A DNA stretch of 60,242 bases from a virus (taxonomy: Duplodnaviria; Caudoviricetes). The notes below the pieces were generated by a model. That model worked only from the letters and a program-made list of their open reading frames with translations, was not told the DNA's origin and did no database searches. Below are positions 1-10,444 of the stretch, in pieces. Positions within the stretch are counted from its first letter, which is position 1; the number at the start of each line of letters is the position of its first letter. The stretch is from positions 1-60,242 of the IMG/VR virus record IMGVR_UViG_3300036861_000387; one strand, 5' to 3'. The translations under genes and the position numbers were made by a program.

Positions 1-65
1 GGCGAGTGGCCGACGGCCTCGACTCGTCACCGGCCCTCCCCCCTATCCTTCCGCGTCATCGCAAG

Positions 66-215
66 TCAGACCGTGCGCCTCGGCCAGGGAACGGCGATGG
101 CGAACGCGAAGTGCGCGAAGAAGAACGCGAGGGCGAGATACAATTCATTGACGCGGCCAAGGTCAACGCCGAAGGCAGCAAGCAAGACGATGGCTGCGGC
201 GATGAGGGCGAGCAT
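66..215 (-). CDS. Small two-helix membrane protein (49 aa, not in ORF track)
   Basis: Manual translation gives MLALIAAAIVLLAAFGVDLGRVNELYLALAFFFAHFAFAIAVPWPRRTV. It starts 3 nt after the stop of the upstream gene. Confidence 0.7.
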   Translation of the reverse strand: MLALIAAAIVLLAAFGVDLGRVNELYLALAFFFAHFAFAIAVPWPRRTV

Positions 216-218
216 CGA

Positions 219-392
219 TTACGGGCCGCAGCTCGCAGGCCGGCTGTCCGGATTGCCGGTGCACTGGCCGCTCTGCCCCGCTCCGTTCCCGCCGTTGGTT
301 GGCGGAGGGGCGTCGGCGAGGGCGGCGGACAGGCCGATGGCGGACAGGGCGAACAGGGCGACGCCGATGACGGCGATGCGTGCCTTTGCCAT
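219..392 (-). CDS. Small secreted peptide precursor (57 aa, not in ORF track)
   Basis: MAKARIAVIGVALFALSAIGLSAALA/DAPPPTNGGNGAGQSGQCTGNPDSRPASCGP has a basic n-region, hydrophobic h-region and ALA cleavage motif. An AAGGAG RBS lies upstream. Confidence 0.75.
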   Translation of the reverse strand: MAKARIAVIGVALFALSAIGLSAALADAPPPTNGGNGAGQSGQCTGNPDSRPASCGP

Positions 393-394
393 GG

Positions 395-733
395 TCAGTC
401 TCCTTGATGGTCGTGGGCTTCGATGATCGGGATGGTGATGGACAACAGCCAGTCCCCGTCGCGCAGGAAGGTGGCCGGCATGTCCTGCCCTTCGGCCTCC
501 AGTTCGGCGCGCAGGTCGGCGACAGTCTGCCAGCGGGTTACGCCCTCCCCGAACTGCTCGTCTGGTCCGATCAGCCCATCCCGCTTGGCAACGTCCATGA
601 GCCTACGAACCTGGAACTCGCCGAGGTCGATATAGCTGTCCCGCCTAGCCTCAGCGGTTATCCACGTTTTGCCATTGAGGTGCCTCATGGTCGCCGCACA
701 GTGGCACCACTGCTTGAATTGTGATGGCGACAT
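395..733 (-). CDS. Hypothetical protein
   Basis: 112-aa ORF in operon orientation with an N-terminal CHC motif. Confidence 0.6.
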   Translation of the reverse strand: MSPSQFKQWCHCAATMRHLNGKTWITAEARRDSYIDLGEFQVRRLMDVAKRDGLIGPDEQFGEGVTRWQTVADLRAELEAEGQDMPATFLRDGDWLLSITIPIIEAHDHQGD

Positions 734-1023
734 AACGTCACCAACGGTCCCGCCTCGGCCTCAGCGATGGGGATGCCAGCCGCCTCCGCTGCCGCCACGT
801 CCACCAGGTGCCCGGCGGTCAGGTCCTCGGTGGCACCGCACCCCGGCCACTGGCACCAGGGCACGGCTTGGACCTGCTGGCGGCGGCGCTGCTGCTCGGC
901 GTGAGAGCGCCGGGTTGGACGCTTGGCGTCCTTGGCCTGCTGCTTGGCGCGCTCATGGTCGGCACAGCGGGACTTGCCGGGGAGCGCCCAGCGGAAGCAA
1001 TCCATGCAGCGCCTCAACGCCAT
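685..1023 (-). CDS. HNH endonuclease (terminase-associated type)
   Basis: N-terminal CxxC..C..H finger, then CQWPGC...TAGH...LCRHHNS. Located just upstream of the cos/terminase region, as in HK97-like phages. Confidence 0.8.
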   Translation of the reverse strand: MALRRCMDCFRWALPGKSRCADHERAKQQAKDAKRPTRRSHAEQQRRRQQVQAVPWCQWPGCGATEDLTAGHLVDVAAAEAAGIPIAEAEAGPLVTLCRHHNSSSGATVRRP

Positions 1024-1067
1024 CTAGCGCGCACTCCCCCGACTACCAGGGATTTTGCCACGACGTG

Positions 1068-1529
1068 TCAACCTTCGCCCACGGCGTGCAACCTTGCACC
1101 GAACCGGCCGTCCTCATGCACCCCGGCGAGCACCCCCAGCCGCTTCCACTCTGGCTCGGGCCAGCGCCTCGTCCCATCGTGATCGACTGACGGGTTGGTA
1201 CAGACGATCTCGGACTTGGCGGGGTCCTCGGGGCGGACCCAGGCGATCAGGTCGGCACCGCAGTGGGGGCAGCGCACGCCGGTGCGGGCGGTGAGCTCGA
1301 TCTTGGTGACGGGGTACAGCAGGTAGCGCGCCTGGCTGCACCACCAGGCGAGATACTGCTCCAGGTCGGCCATGGCCGACACCATCGCCATGTCCAGTGG
1401 GGGTCGGGAACCTGGCGGGATGCGGCGGCCGGCCTGGCCCTTGCCGGGGGCGACCCGGGCGGCGAGCTGGACGTACAGCGAGTGCGCCTGCTCAAGGTCA
1501 GTACGCAGCGGGTCGGGAGGCTGGGTCAA
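1068..1529 (-). CDS. Zinc-ribbon protein, possible late-gene regulator
   Basis: RCPHCG...IVCTNP motif. The TTG start overlaps the upstream stop. Position is at the end of the middle operon. Confidence 0.5.
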   Translation of the reverse strand: MTQPPDPLRTDLEQAHSLYVQLAARVAPGKGQAGRRIPPGSRPPLDMAMVSAMADLEQYLAWWCSQARYLLYPVTKIELTARTGVRCPHCGADLIAWVRPEDPAKSEIVCTNPSVDHDGTRRWPEPEWKRLGVLAGVHEDGRFGARLHAVGEG

Positions 1530-3607
1530 TGGCGCCTCCGGTAACGCAGCCGCTGCCAGAGGGTCGCGGGCCGCCACACAAGGCCGAGGGTGCACATGCC
1601 GGGATGAGGGCTGTCGCCGTACCAGTCGCAGGCGTCACAGGCGTCCCCGACCCGCCAGAGCCGCTCGCACTGGTCGCAGCGCCACAGGTCGCCCTGCTTG
1701 CCGTCGACTTCGTTACGGGTGTGCATCAGCGGCGGCTCTGACTGCATCGGCGCCTGTGGATCGAGCAGCGGCACAAGGGTGACAGGCAGCGCATAGGTGA
1801 CCTGCCGCATCGGCGGGGTGCAGGTGTGGGCCGGAATGGTGGCGTGTTGCACCCAGGTCATGCCCGCCACCTGATGGCGTCGCGGTAAGCCTGCTCTTCT
1901 CGGCGGAGCTGCCGTGCGGTCCGGGTGGCTCGTCGTTTGGCGCCCCGCAGCGTCCAGGTGTGGAAGCCGCCGCCCTCGCCGACCCGCGTGACGCCTTGGG
2001 TGATAGTCGTCCACCAGGAGAACGGACCCCAGCGCATGTGGCGGCTGTGGGAGACCTCGATGTGGTCGCGCATGGCGTCGACGCCATCGCGCCAGGTCGG
2101 GCGCCGCTGTTCGCTCACTGGGCCTCCTCCTCGCGCTCGATCTGGTCGGCGGCGCACTGGAGCGCCCTGGCGAACTGCCGTGCCAGCGCCGGCGGCAGGT
2201 AGCCGCAGTTCGTGCCGTGGCGCCACCCGACGGCGGGGGGCTTGGGGCCACCGGCCCAGGTCGGCATGCCGGGCCAACGGGCCACGAACACGGCCAGATG
2301 CCCCTGGGCGGGGCCGAGGATGGTGGCGACCTCGGTGTCGCGCTGCCAGCCGCTCACGACCCACCACCGTCCTCGGCCAGATGCGCCGACCGCAGCTCCA
2401 GCACCAGGCACGGCGACACCATCGTCCGGTCGCCGGCGAGGGTGAGGCGCGCACGCTCCAGGGTCCACTCCCAGGTGCTGATGCGGTAGCCGGTCAAGAT
2501 CCGCACGGGCAGGTCGCCGGGCAGGTCGGGGTCGTTCAGGATCTCCCGCAGGTCGGCGACGGTTATGGTCATCGGCCCTCGATCAGGTCGCGGAATGCCG
2601 CCTGCCCGTCCGGCGAGGCGGCCCAAGCATCAGCCTCGGCCTTGGTGGCATCGAAGTCGCCGCGCTTGGCCCGCTCGGCGATCTCGGTCAGGCCGTAGCG
2701 GGTGGCATCGGCGACGAGCTGGGAGATGGGGAGAGCAAGCGGACTCAGATAGTCGTGGTAGTAGCCCTGCTGAGCCTGGGTGATCATGTCCGGCGGCGCG
2801 CCGGCGGCGCGCAGGGCGATGGCGAGGTAGGCGGCGGTATCGCGGTCACTGGCCACGGTCGGCCTCCAGCTCCTTGGCGATGTCATGCACGCTGATGGCC
2901 TTGGGCCACCGCCACGGCTGGTGCTCGACGGGCATCCCGGCCAATTCGACAGCGCGGCGGGTGCCGATCCAGGTGGCCTGGTCGTAGTAGGCCTTCCCGC
3001 AGGTCGAGCATGGTCCCCATGCGCCGTTGTGGCCGTGGGGCAGCGGCACCTCGCAGATGCAGCGGCGCAGCACGTTGTCGGCCGAGTCGCAGCCGAAGTG
3101 CCATAGCCCCTGCTCGCCTCGCCACCACGGCTGGCGCTCGCGGTCCCACTGGCGGGAGAGGTTGACGCGATTGCGCTTGGTCGAACGACCACCGCACCAG
3201 GTGCAGCGGGTCAGCAGGGTGCGGCGCAGCTCCTGGAGGGCAGGCAGTTGGACGCGCCAGTGGGCCACATGGAACCGCCACCGGTTGGAGGCGACACGGT
3301 TGCCGCGGCGGTCGGTGCGCCACCAGCGGCAGACCTCGCCGGAGTCGTGCCCACCCGGCTCGCGGTGCCAGACGGTGACCAGTGAGGGGAAGTAGAAGCG
3401 GCGGCCGGCCAGCGTCCAGAACGGCGTCCAGGAACGCGGCCGCCACCACGGGAACGGATCGCGGGTGTACGGCTCGTGCTCGCAGTGAGAGCTGCAGGTG
3501 TGGTGCAGCTTGAACCGCCACCGCGGCTGCCCAGGCTTCGGGTCGGGTGGGGAGCGGCGCGGCCAGGGCCGGCGGATCTCGAACGCGACGACAAGCTCAT
3601 CCCGCAC
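1526..3607 (-). other. Run of six translationally coupled small hypothetical genes (1526-1861, 1858-2118, 2115-2357, 2354-2572, 2569-2856, 2846-3607)
   Basis: Successive start/stop overlaps, mostly ATGA/GTGA; several products are Cys-rich. Confidence 0.7.
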
Positions 3608-4157
3608 GACGGCTCCTCTCCCGGTAACGGCGACCGGCTTCGATGCTCTGCTGGCGGATTCGTTCCGCCTTCACCGGATCGCGCATCCGCCTCGCTCTCG
3701 ACTCGCGGCTGCGGCGGTTCGCGCAATCGCGGCATGAGCGCGCCGGCAACGCTGAGCGGAGAAGGTTGTCTCCTTCTAGCGGGCGACCACAGATGCCGCA
3801 ATGGGTCTTGCGTCTATTCCCATTTACCCAACCGCGCTGCACGTTTTCCCGGTTCGTTTGCTTCTCAAGGTGGGACGGCTCGAAACACGGCCGGTGCCGA
3901 CATTGGGCCCCACCGCTGCACGTCCCGGCGGCTACAGCGCGATCGTGACAGATGTGGCCGACCTGAAACGGCTTCGTCAGCGGCCCGTTCACCAGCTCAT
4001 ATACGACACCATGGACCAAGCGGCCATGGCCCCGACCGAAGGTCGATACGACGCCGTATCCGCGATGGTTCTTGGCCAAGGGCCAGATGCGGCAGCCTTC
4101 CTCATTCGGCTCCGCGAGCGCGAGGTAGTCGGCAAGGGATCTGTCAAGGCGGCGCAT
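3597..4157 (-). CDS. HNH endonuclease with C-terminal zinc finger
   Basis: GCRIW..RGYG..VHGVVYE..GHICH..PCFEPSHLE..TNRENV..KTHCGICG; lower GC than the flanking DNA. Confidence 0.85.
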   Translation of the reverse strand: MRRLDRSLADYLALAEPNEEGCRIWPLAKNHRGYGVVSTFGRGHGRLVHGVVYELVNGPLTKPFQVGHICHDRAVAAGTCSGGAQCRHRPCFEPSHLEKQTNRENVQRGWVNGNRRKTHCGICGRPLEGDNLLRSALPARSCRDCANRRSRESRARRMRDPVKAERIRQQSIEAGRRYRERSRRAG

Positions 4158-4158
4158 C

Positions 4159-5152
4159 TCAGGCTCCTTCCGGTCGGTAGCGGTAGCCCACGACCCGGCC
4201 GTCGCCGTCGGTGACGGCGGTCACATCCTGGGGGTCGAGCAGGACGCCGATGGTGGGTCGGCGCCAGGCGCTGACGGTGGCCTTGAACTCGCCCCAGGCC
4301 GCGTGGATGGCGATGCTGGCGAGCACGGCGGCGAAGCCCTCGGCCCATGCCCGCTGGTCGCCGCCCGGCACCAGGACGTCGGCGGCCAGCAGCCGGTCGC
4401 GCAGCGCCCGGGTCGCCGCGGCGGTGGCTCGGGCCAGGTCGGGGTCGATGTGGGTGCCCGATGTCATAGGCCATCCTCGGCGTGCTCCTCAGCCCACTTC
4501 CGCAGCGTCTGCTTGGCGCTGGCGACATCGGCGATGCTGACGCCCTTGCGGCTCTCGCCCCGCAGGTAGTTGTCGTACAGCTCGTTGCAGACCTCGGCGA
4601 CCCGCCTGGTAGCCGCCTCGGTCGCGGCTTTGAACTCGCCGTGCATCTGCTCGACCTCACGTTTGACGACGGCGTCGAGGTGGTCGACGACGGCGTCCTG
4701 CATGAGCCGGGCGATGCCTTGCTCGGCGTCCCGCTGGGCTTGCTTCAGGTCCTTGATCGTGGCGCGGAGGTCGCGGGTCGCCTCGCGGGCCTGCTCGATC
4801 AGGGTGAGCAGGTCGGGGCCGGGCGTCGGGCGGCTCACCCGCCGCACCTTCCCTGCTCGCTCAGCGTCTGGATGCGCCGCAGGATGACCCGCATGGCCTC
4901 CAGGTTCGGCTCGACCTCGGCGTCGTGGCCGTCGCGAACCCCGCCCTTCCAGACCATGTGATTGGTGACGTACTGCTGACGCAAGTCGCCGCAGCCGGTC
5001 GCTCGAGCTACCGCATCCAGGTCGGCCTGCCGGTCGACGGCGGGGTCGGGCAGCAGCGGGGTGTTGGCGTAGTCGGTGGCCTGGGCGATCCCGAACGCGG
5101 CCAGCAGCAGCACCGCCGACACGGCCAGGACGAGGCGGGTCGGGCGGGTCAC
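4159..5152 (-). other. Three small genes (4159-4467; 4464-4838 coiled-coil; 4835-5152 with signal peptide/TM)
   Basis: Overlapping starts and stops; hydrophobic N-terminus RLVLAVSAVLLLAAFGIAQA in the 4835-5152 product. Confidence 0.65.
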
Positions 5153-7548
5153 AGCAGCCTCGCCTGGGCCGGGTCGTGCTTGGGCAGGGGCTTGACCTTG
5201 CGGCCGGTGGTGCGCTCGATCACCTGCTGCCAGTCCCCGGACTCGAATACCCGCCATCGCGCAGCCCGAGAATATGAGTGGCTCAAATCGACACCTATTC
5301 CAATTCGGCCAAGCGCTCTAGCGACAAGACAAGTTGTGCCGACCCCGGAAAATGGATCAAGGACGATGGCCGGCCGTGTTGGCGGGGCGCGCCAGCCGTC
5401 CAGGTGGTACTCGCGGACAGGCAGCGGTGGGCGCTTCAAGCTCTCGCGGTATGCCTTGTTGCGCTCGCTGCCGTTAGCGCTAGCCCCGGCGGTCTTATCA
5501 GACGGGTCGGGGATGAATCCACGGCCCTGCGCTCGCTCGGGGAAATCGGTGCAGGGGGTGCAGGAACACGCCCAACCGAGGATCGTGGCCTCCTGCGTCA
5601 TGTGCGTCCCGGCCCGCCGGTCGAAGCCGTGGGCAGCCTCACCATTCAACGACGCCCGGCCTGGCTGGTCCCCGGGCCGCAGCGGGATGTTGCGCCGGTC
5701 GACCACCGGCCGGCGACCCTCCCCGCACTCCAGGCAGATCCCGGGCGGCGACCAGCCGAGGATGAGCCGCCGCGGCAGCTCGGGCGGGAACGAGTTGCCG
5801 GTGATGAACACACTGCCGTTGCGGCGGGCAATGAACGTCCCGGTGCCCGTCATGGGGCACCAGACGACGCCACGGTAGTGCTCACGCAGCATGGGCTCGT
5901 GGGTGCCGTTGGTGCCCCGCAGAGTGATCGGTCGGCCGCCCTTGGTCAGGTACAGCACCCATCGGCCACCGGTGTACCGCAGGGTGGTCTTGTAGCCGAG
6001 GCGGACGGCGATCATCTGGAGCCAGTCGAGGTTGGCGCGGTGCTTCTGGAAGATGGAGATGCGGTCGCCTCGGACGTGGCCGTCGCCAGCGATGAATGCC
6101 TCCAGCAGCGCGCGGGCCTCGTTCTCAACGAGGTTGGCCAGCTCGGCGGTGAGGAGCTTGGCCGGCATCAGCCGCCGGACCTCTTGGGCGAGGCCGAGCG
6201 GCAGGCGCCATTGCACGTCAACCCATGGTCGACCTCGCCAGGTGCATTGCGTCTCCTTCCGGTACACGCCAACGAGCTGCCGCCACCGCTGGGTCGTGGC
6301 GACCGGGGTGTAGTGCAGGCGGCTGATGAGGTCATCGATCCTCTGGACGTGCTCGGGATTGGCGGTCTTGGACTGGCTCAGGTAGACGGTGCTCACGCTG
6401 CTGTACCAGCCCTCGGCCGCGACCCAGCCACACAGGGCCGCGAGGTCGACGCCGATGCTCTTGGCCTGCTGGTCGGGCACCCATTCAGCCGAGCGCGGGA
6501 CGGAGTGCTGCGGGCCGAGCTGGTCAGCGGTCACGACCTCGACCGGGCCGAGTATGTGAGCGCGGCCGTGGTGGCGCCGCACGAGGGTGCGGTGGTTGGT
6601 GGTCAGCCGCATGGACAGGTCGCGCTTCTCCACCGCCATCATCGGGCCGTCGTGCTGGTAGGTGGCCATGCCATGCACGCGGGTCCACTCGGCTAGGCCG
6701 GTGTCGAGGTTGTAGCCGGCGACCTCCTGGCCCGCCCAGCCGACCTCGGTGTGCTCATCCCAGCGCTTCCAGCCCTCGCGGGTCAGGATCTCGGTGTCGG
6801 CATCGACGCAGGCGTAGTGGTCGACGCCGAGCCAGGCGGGCAGCCGCAGCGGGTCGCTGGGGATGCTCCAGACGGAGCCGGGCAGCGACCCGAGCGGGTG
6901 ATTCGGCGAGGTGGCGAGACTCGGCTGGCCGTCATGTTCACGGCCGGGGATCTGCGACCCGTCTCGGTAGGCTTTCGCTGCGACCCGTGGCCCGACCCGC
7001 ACCGCCGGCTCCCGCAGGGTGTCCAGCGCCGAGTAGTACCGCGGCGACTTGGTCAGGTGGAAGATGCGCGAGTGACCCCGGCGGACCCGGTCCCGCACCG
7101 ACTCCGGCAGCCCGTTGACATGCTCCCAGACGATCTCGGCCCGCAGAATCAGGTCGAGCTGGTCGATGCACCCGATGGCGTAGCGCCAGGGCAGGCCGAG
7201 CAGGGACTTCTCCATCGGGCCCCGCGTCTGCGGCGCAGTGCCGGCCTGCTCGCCGCGGCCGACGTAACCGTCGCTGCTGCGGTGCTTGCCGCCGGTCCGT
7301 TCGCTGTACTTGTCGTCCAGCTCGACGAACAGGCTCCCGGACGGCTTGAGCACCCGAACCATCTCGGCGGTCGCCGCCCACAGTGCCGCTAGGTACTCGG
7401 CGGGGGTGGCCTCCAGGCCGATACCTGGCGTTTCGTACTGCCGGAGCTGGAAGAACGGTGGGCTGCTGACGATCAGGTCGACGCACTCATCCGGCAGCGG
7501 CAATGCCAGCGTATCGCCCTGGATGACCAGGGCCCGCCCGGTCACCAT
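5149..7548 (-). CDS. DNA methyltransferase (N4/N6, beta class) containing an intein
   Basis: N-terminal VDLIVSSPPF catalytic motif and C-terminal VLDPFSGVGTT SAM-binding motif; intein inserted in HYA|SFPPEL. Confidence 0.92.
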   Translation of the reverse strand: MVTGRALVIQGDTLALPLPDECVDLIVSSPPFFQLRQYETPGIGLEATPAEYLAALWAATAEMVRVLKPSGSLFVELDDKYSERTGGKHRSSDGYVGRGEQAGTAPQTRGPMEKSLLGLPWRYAIGCIDQLDLILRAEIVWEHVNGLPESVRDRVRRGHSRIFHLTKSPRYYSALDTLREPAVRVGPRVAAKAYRDGSQIPGREHDGQPSLATSPNHPLGSLPGSVWSIPSDPLRLPAWLGVDHYACVDADTEILTREGWKRWDEHTEVGWAGQEVAGYNLDTGLAEWTRVHGMATYQHDGPMMAVEKRDLSMRLTTNHRTLVRRHHGRAHILGPVEVVTADQLGPQHSVPRSAEWVPDQQAKSIGVDLAALCGWVAAEGWYSSVSTVYLSQSKTANPEHVQRIDDLISRLHYTPVATTQRWRQLVGVYRKETQCTWRGRPWVDVQWRLPLGLAQEVRRLMPAKLLTAELANLVENEARALLEAFIAGDGHVRGDRISIFQKHRANLDWLQMIAVRLGYKTTLRYTGGRWVLYLTKGGRPITLRGTNGTHEPMLREHYRGVVWCPMTGTGTFIARRNGSVFITGNSFPPELPRRLILGWSPPGICLECGEGRRPVVDRRNIPLRPGDQPGRASLNGEAAHGFDRRAGTHMTQEATILGWACSCTPCTDFPERAQGRGFIPDPSDKTAGASANGSERNKAYRESLKRPPLPVREYHLDGWRAPPTRPAIVLDPFSGVGTTCLVARALGRIGIGVDLSHSYSRAARWRVFESGDWQQVIERTTGRKVKPLPKHDPAQARLL
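5794..6810 (-). mobile_element. Intein (339 aa) with LAGLIDADG homing endonuclease
   Basis: Block A CVDADTEILT, block B LTTNHRTL, endonuclease motifs LCGWVAAEG and LLEAFIAGDG, C-terminal FIARRNGSVFITGN followed by Ser+1. Confidence 0.92.
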
Positions 7549-7754
7549 TCCACCTGCTCGGGGTCGGTTGGGTCAGTGATGTCGCTGTGCTCGCGACAGC
7601 GGTAGATGAAGATCCCCGGGCCAGTGCCGGACCACTGCCGCCGGAGCCGGTAGATGACCTGGTCGTCCTTGCCGCAGGCACCGCGCGGCACGATGCGGGC
7701 ACCGGCAGCGCGCCACTTCGGGTTGCTGGCCTTGGGATTGCGGCGACCGGTCAC
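7542..7754 (-). CDS. Small Cys/His hypothetical protein
   Basis: Coupled ORF with ACG..YRCREH motif. Confidence 0.55.
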   Translation of the reverse strand: MTGRRNPKASNPKWRAAGARIVPRGACGKDDQVIYRLRRQWSGTGPGIFIYRCREHSDITDPTDPEQVEW

Positions 7755-8161
7755 GAGGGTCCTCCGTCCCGGACCCGCAGCTCCAGCACGACCCGCGGCC
7801 GCCCGCCGTCCAGCGACGCGACCCGCGGCATGTGCACGGTGAGGTGGGCGGGGTCGTCGTCGGGAACCACCTTGGCGTCGACCAGCCCGTCGATCAGGCC
7901 TTTCAGGCTGGGACCGCCGGGCAGGTTGTGCGGGTCGCAGCGGGCGTGGTTGCGCAGGTGGACGGTGATGTGGAGCTCGGCGGCCTGGAGGCGTGGCCAG
8001 CCGTGGGCGAGGGCCTCACCCCAGCCGAGCGCGCGCCACGACCGGCGGCGTTCGGCGGTGCGGGCCCAGTGGGGACGGCCGTCGTTGCTGGTCCAGACCC
8101 GGCCGTCGGGGGCCTCGACGACCATGCGCCAGGTCCGCGGGGTGGCGGCCGGGGCGGTCAT
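7751..8161 (-). CDS. rusA: RusA-like Holliday junction resolvase
   Basis: WTSN..HW..RRRSWR and RCDPHNL...KGLIDGLVDAKVVPDDD (DxxN..K..D..D) signature. Confidence 0.8.
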   Translation of the reverse strand: MTAPAATPRTWRMVVEAPDGRVWTSNDGRPHWARTAERRRSWRALGWGEALAHGWPRLQAAELHITVHLRNHARCDPHNLPGGPSLKGLIDGLVDAKVVPDDDPAHLTVHMPRVASLDGGRPRVVLELRVRDGGPS

Positions 8162-9200
8162 AGCTGCTGCTCCCAGGCGACCTCGACCCGCTTGCCGCCA
8201 TGCTCCCCGGTCCACAGGTGCTGGACGTGGCCGGGGTAGCGGTCACCCGCCCACTTCTGCTCCCGCTTGCACACCGGACGGGAGAAGTGGCCCCGGTCGT
8301 CCAGGAGCCGCAGGGGGAACTCGGCGGGGCAGGGTTCGCGGTGCCAGCGGACGCTCGAGCCACCCTTGGCGCCGGCCTCAGCGCGGGCCAGGCTCACGAC
8401 CCACCACCGCCCGCGGGTCGGGTCGCGTCCGGCTCCCATAGCCGCTGTTCCGCTGGATCGTGCGGGCACGGCCCCGACAACTGGTAGAACGCGCAGATCC
8501 AGCGACCGGGCAGCGCGACCGGGTCGTGTCCGAACAGCCGCTCGGCGAGATCGCGGGGGTCGCGGTCAGCCATGCCCGCCGCCCGCGGGTCGGGTCGCGG
8601 CGACCCAGTACAGCAGGTCCTGCTCAGCAACCTCCACCCGGCTGGCCTGGCCGAACTCTTCGAGGTCGTGCAGGCGCATCCAGACGACGCCGAGGTGCGC
8701 ATGGAGGCGGTCGGCGACCTGGGTTGCGGTGACGGGGATGCCGTGCTGGTCGCGGAGCAGCGCGTGGATCTGGTCGGCCAGTGCCGTGTTGTAGGCGTTC
8801 AGGCGCCTCATGGCGACCCACCACCTGGGGTCGCGTGGCCGGTCGGGGTGGAGACAATGGCGTTGGCGAGACGACAGCCAGGCTTGTGGCCCTGCTCCCG
8901 CCAACCCCCACACGCGGCGCAGAAGAACCGGACCTCATCGGTGGGCATTCCGTCGGTGCCGATGCGCTCGTGCGGTCGCCACTCCACGTCCTGGAGTAGC
9001 TCACGAAGTTCCGCGACTACGGCTTCGAGCCGGTCGCGTTCCTGGACGAGCTGATAGACGTTCTCCAGGCGCTGGATGCTCCGTTGCTGCCTCTTCTCCA
9101 GGGATTGCGCGCCTGCCAGCAGTGCCGCGCGTTCGTCTTCGCTGATCACGTGGGGCGGCCACTCGGCCATGAACCGCAGCGTGACGTTCGGGCCTTTCAT
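8158..9200 (-). other. Four small coupled genes (8158-8397; 8394-8573; 8566-8811 winged-helix-like; 8808-9200 coiled-coil plus CxxC..HKPGC)
   Basis: Overlapping starts and stops; TATQVADRLHAHLGVVWMRLHDLEEFG resembles an HTH. Confidence 0.6.
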
Positions 9201-9556
9201 GCCATCGCCTTCCACGTGTTCGCGTCTTGCTCGGTGCGCGCCTTGCGGAACTCGCCGACGATGGTGGCGACGGCGCGGACCTCTGCGTCGGTCAGGTCGC
9301 CGACGAGATGCAGCAGCCGGGCTTGGTTCGGCGTGAGCGGCATCGGCACGGCGTCAAGGTAGCCAGCCCAGCGCAGGAGAACCTCGGGTGGCTCGTCGTA
9401 GGCGACTGCCAGCTTGCGGAGCATACGGGGCGACGGTGCGGCGATCCGGCCGCGTTCGAGCTGGCTGAGGTAGCCGTGGTTGACGCCGGCGCGGGTGGCG
9501 GCCTCGCGCAGACCGAGTCCGCGGGCGCGGCGCAGCTTGCGTAGTTCCAGGGTCAC
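9197..9556 (-). CDS. XRE-family HTH transcriptional regulator
   Basis: LRKLRRARGLGLREAATRAGVNHGYLSQLERGRIAAPSPRMLRKLA. Confidence 0.9.
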   Translation of the reverse strand: MTLELRKLRRARGLGLREAATRAGVNHGYLSQLERGRIAAPSPRMLRKLAVAYDEPPEVLLRWAGYLDAVPMPLTPNQARLLHLVGDLTDAEVRAVATIVGEFRKARTEQDANTWKAMA

Positions 9557-10444
9557 GTCGACCTGCCGGTCGGGGCGGCTGGCCGGGCGGGTCGAGAATG
9601 GGTCATGGGCGCCTCCAGACCAGCGAGACACAGAGCCGGGGTGGCAGGAGCAGCGCCGCACCGATCTGGATGTCTCGGCCTTGCCGGTCATGGCGGAAGC
9701 GCAGGCTGCGGTTGGCCACAACCCTTAGCTTCTGGCACTCGGCGGTGCGATAGATGAGAACGCCGCGTCTCGCCACCATGATCTGCAGGAGTTCGGTCAT
9801 GGCCCCAGTCCCCACGCGGCGAGCCCTTCCACGCGGGCCTCATGCAGGTGCGGGAAGCAGGGTCGCGCCTTGGTGTGCCCTTCCTCAGCGTCCACACACA
9901 GTTCGACCGCCCGGCGTTCCAGCCAGGCCTCGAACGCCGGGTTGGGGCGCACGACCGTCGGGTACGGCGGCTTGCCAGCCCGGGACGGTCGCGGGGTCGC
10001 AGGTCGGCTCACGACCCACCCGCCGCTCGCAGCGCCCGCCGCGCGTCCCGCTGGGCATGCCTGCCGCACTGGCCGGGCCCGGCGGGGTCGCAGCGGCCCT
10101 TGGCGCAGGTGTCGGCCGCCAGGAACGCAAGCGCGCGGTGCAACTGGTCGAGGTCGCCGTCCAGGCGCTGGCCGAGGTAGCGGGGCACCAGGCGGGTCGG
10201 GGGGGTCATGGTCGCAACTCCCAGCGGCGACGAAGCAGGCCGAGGTGCTGGTGGCTGATGATGCGGGCGTGGTGGAGGCGCACCAGCGGATCGTGGCCGG
10301 CGTAGCGGGCCAGCAGCCGCGACGGCAGGGCGGTCTCGACTAAGGCCCGGATGTGGCAGCCCTGCTCGTAGGTCGCGTTGATAAGGCGGGCGATGCCCCT
10401 GCGGTGCGCCCATGAGCGTAGCCGGCCGTAGCGGGGCGGGGGGG

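Noticed and set aside
219-392. Chaplin or arbitrium AimP identity for the secreted peptide
   Set aside because: Lacks the hydrophobic chaplin motif, and no TPR/RRNPP receptor gene is nearby
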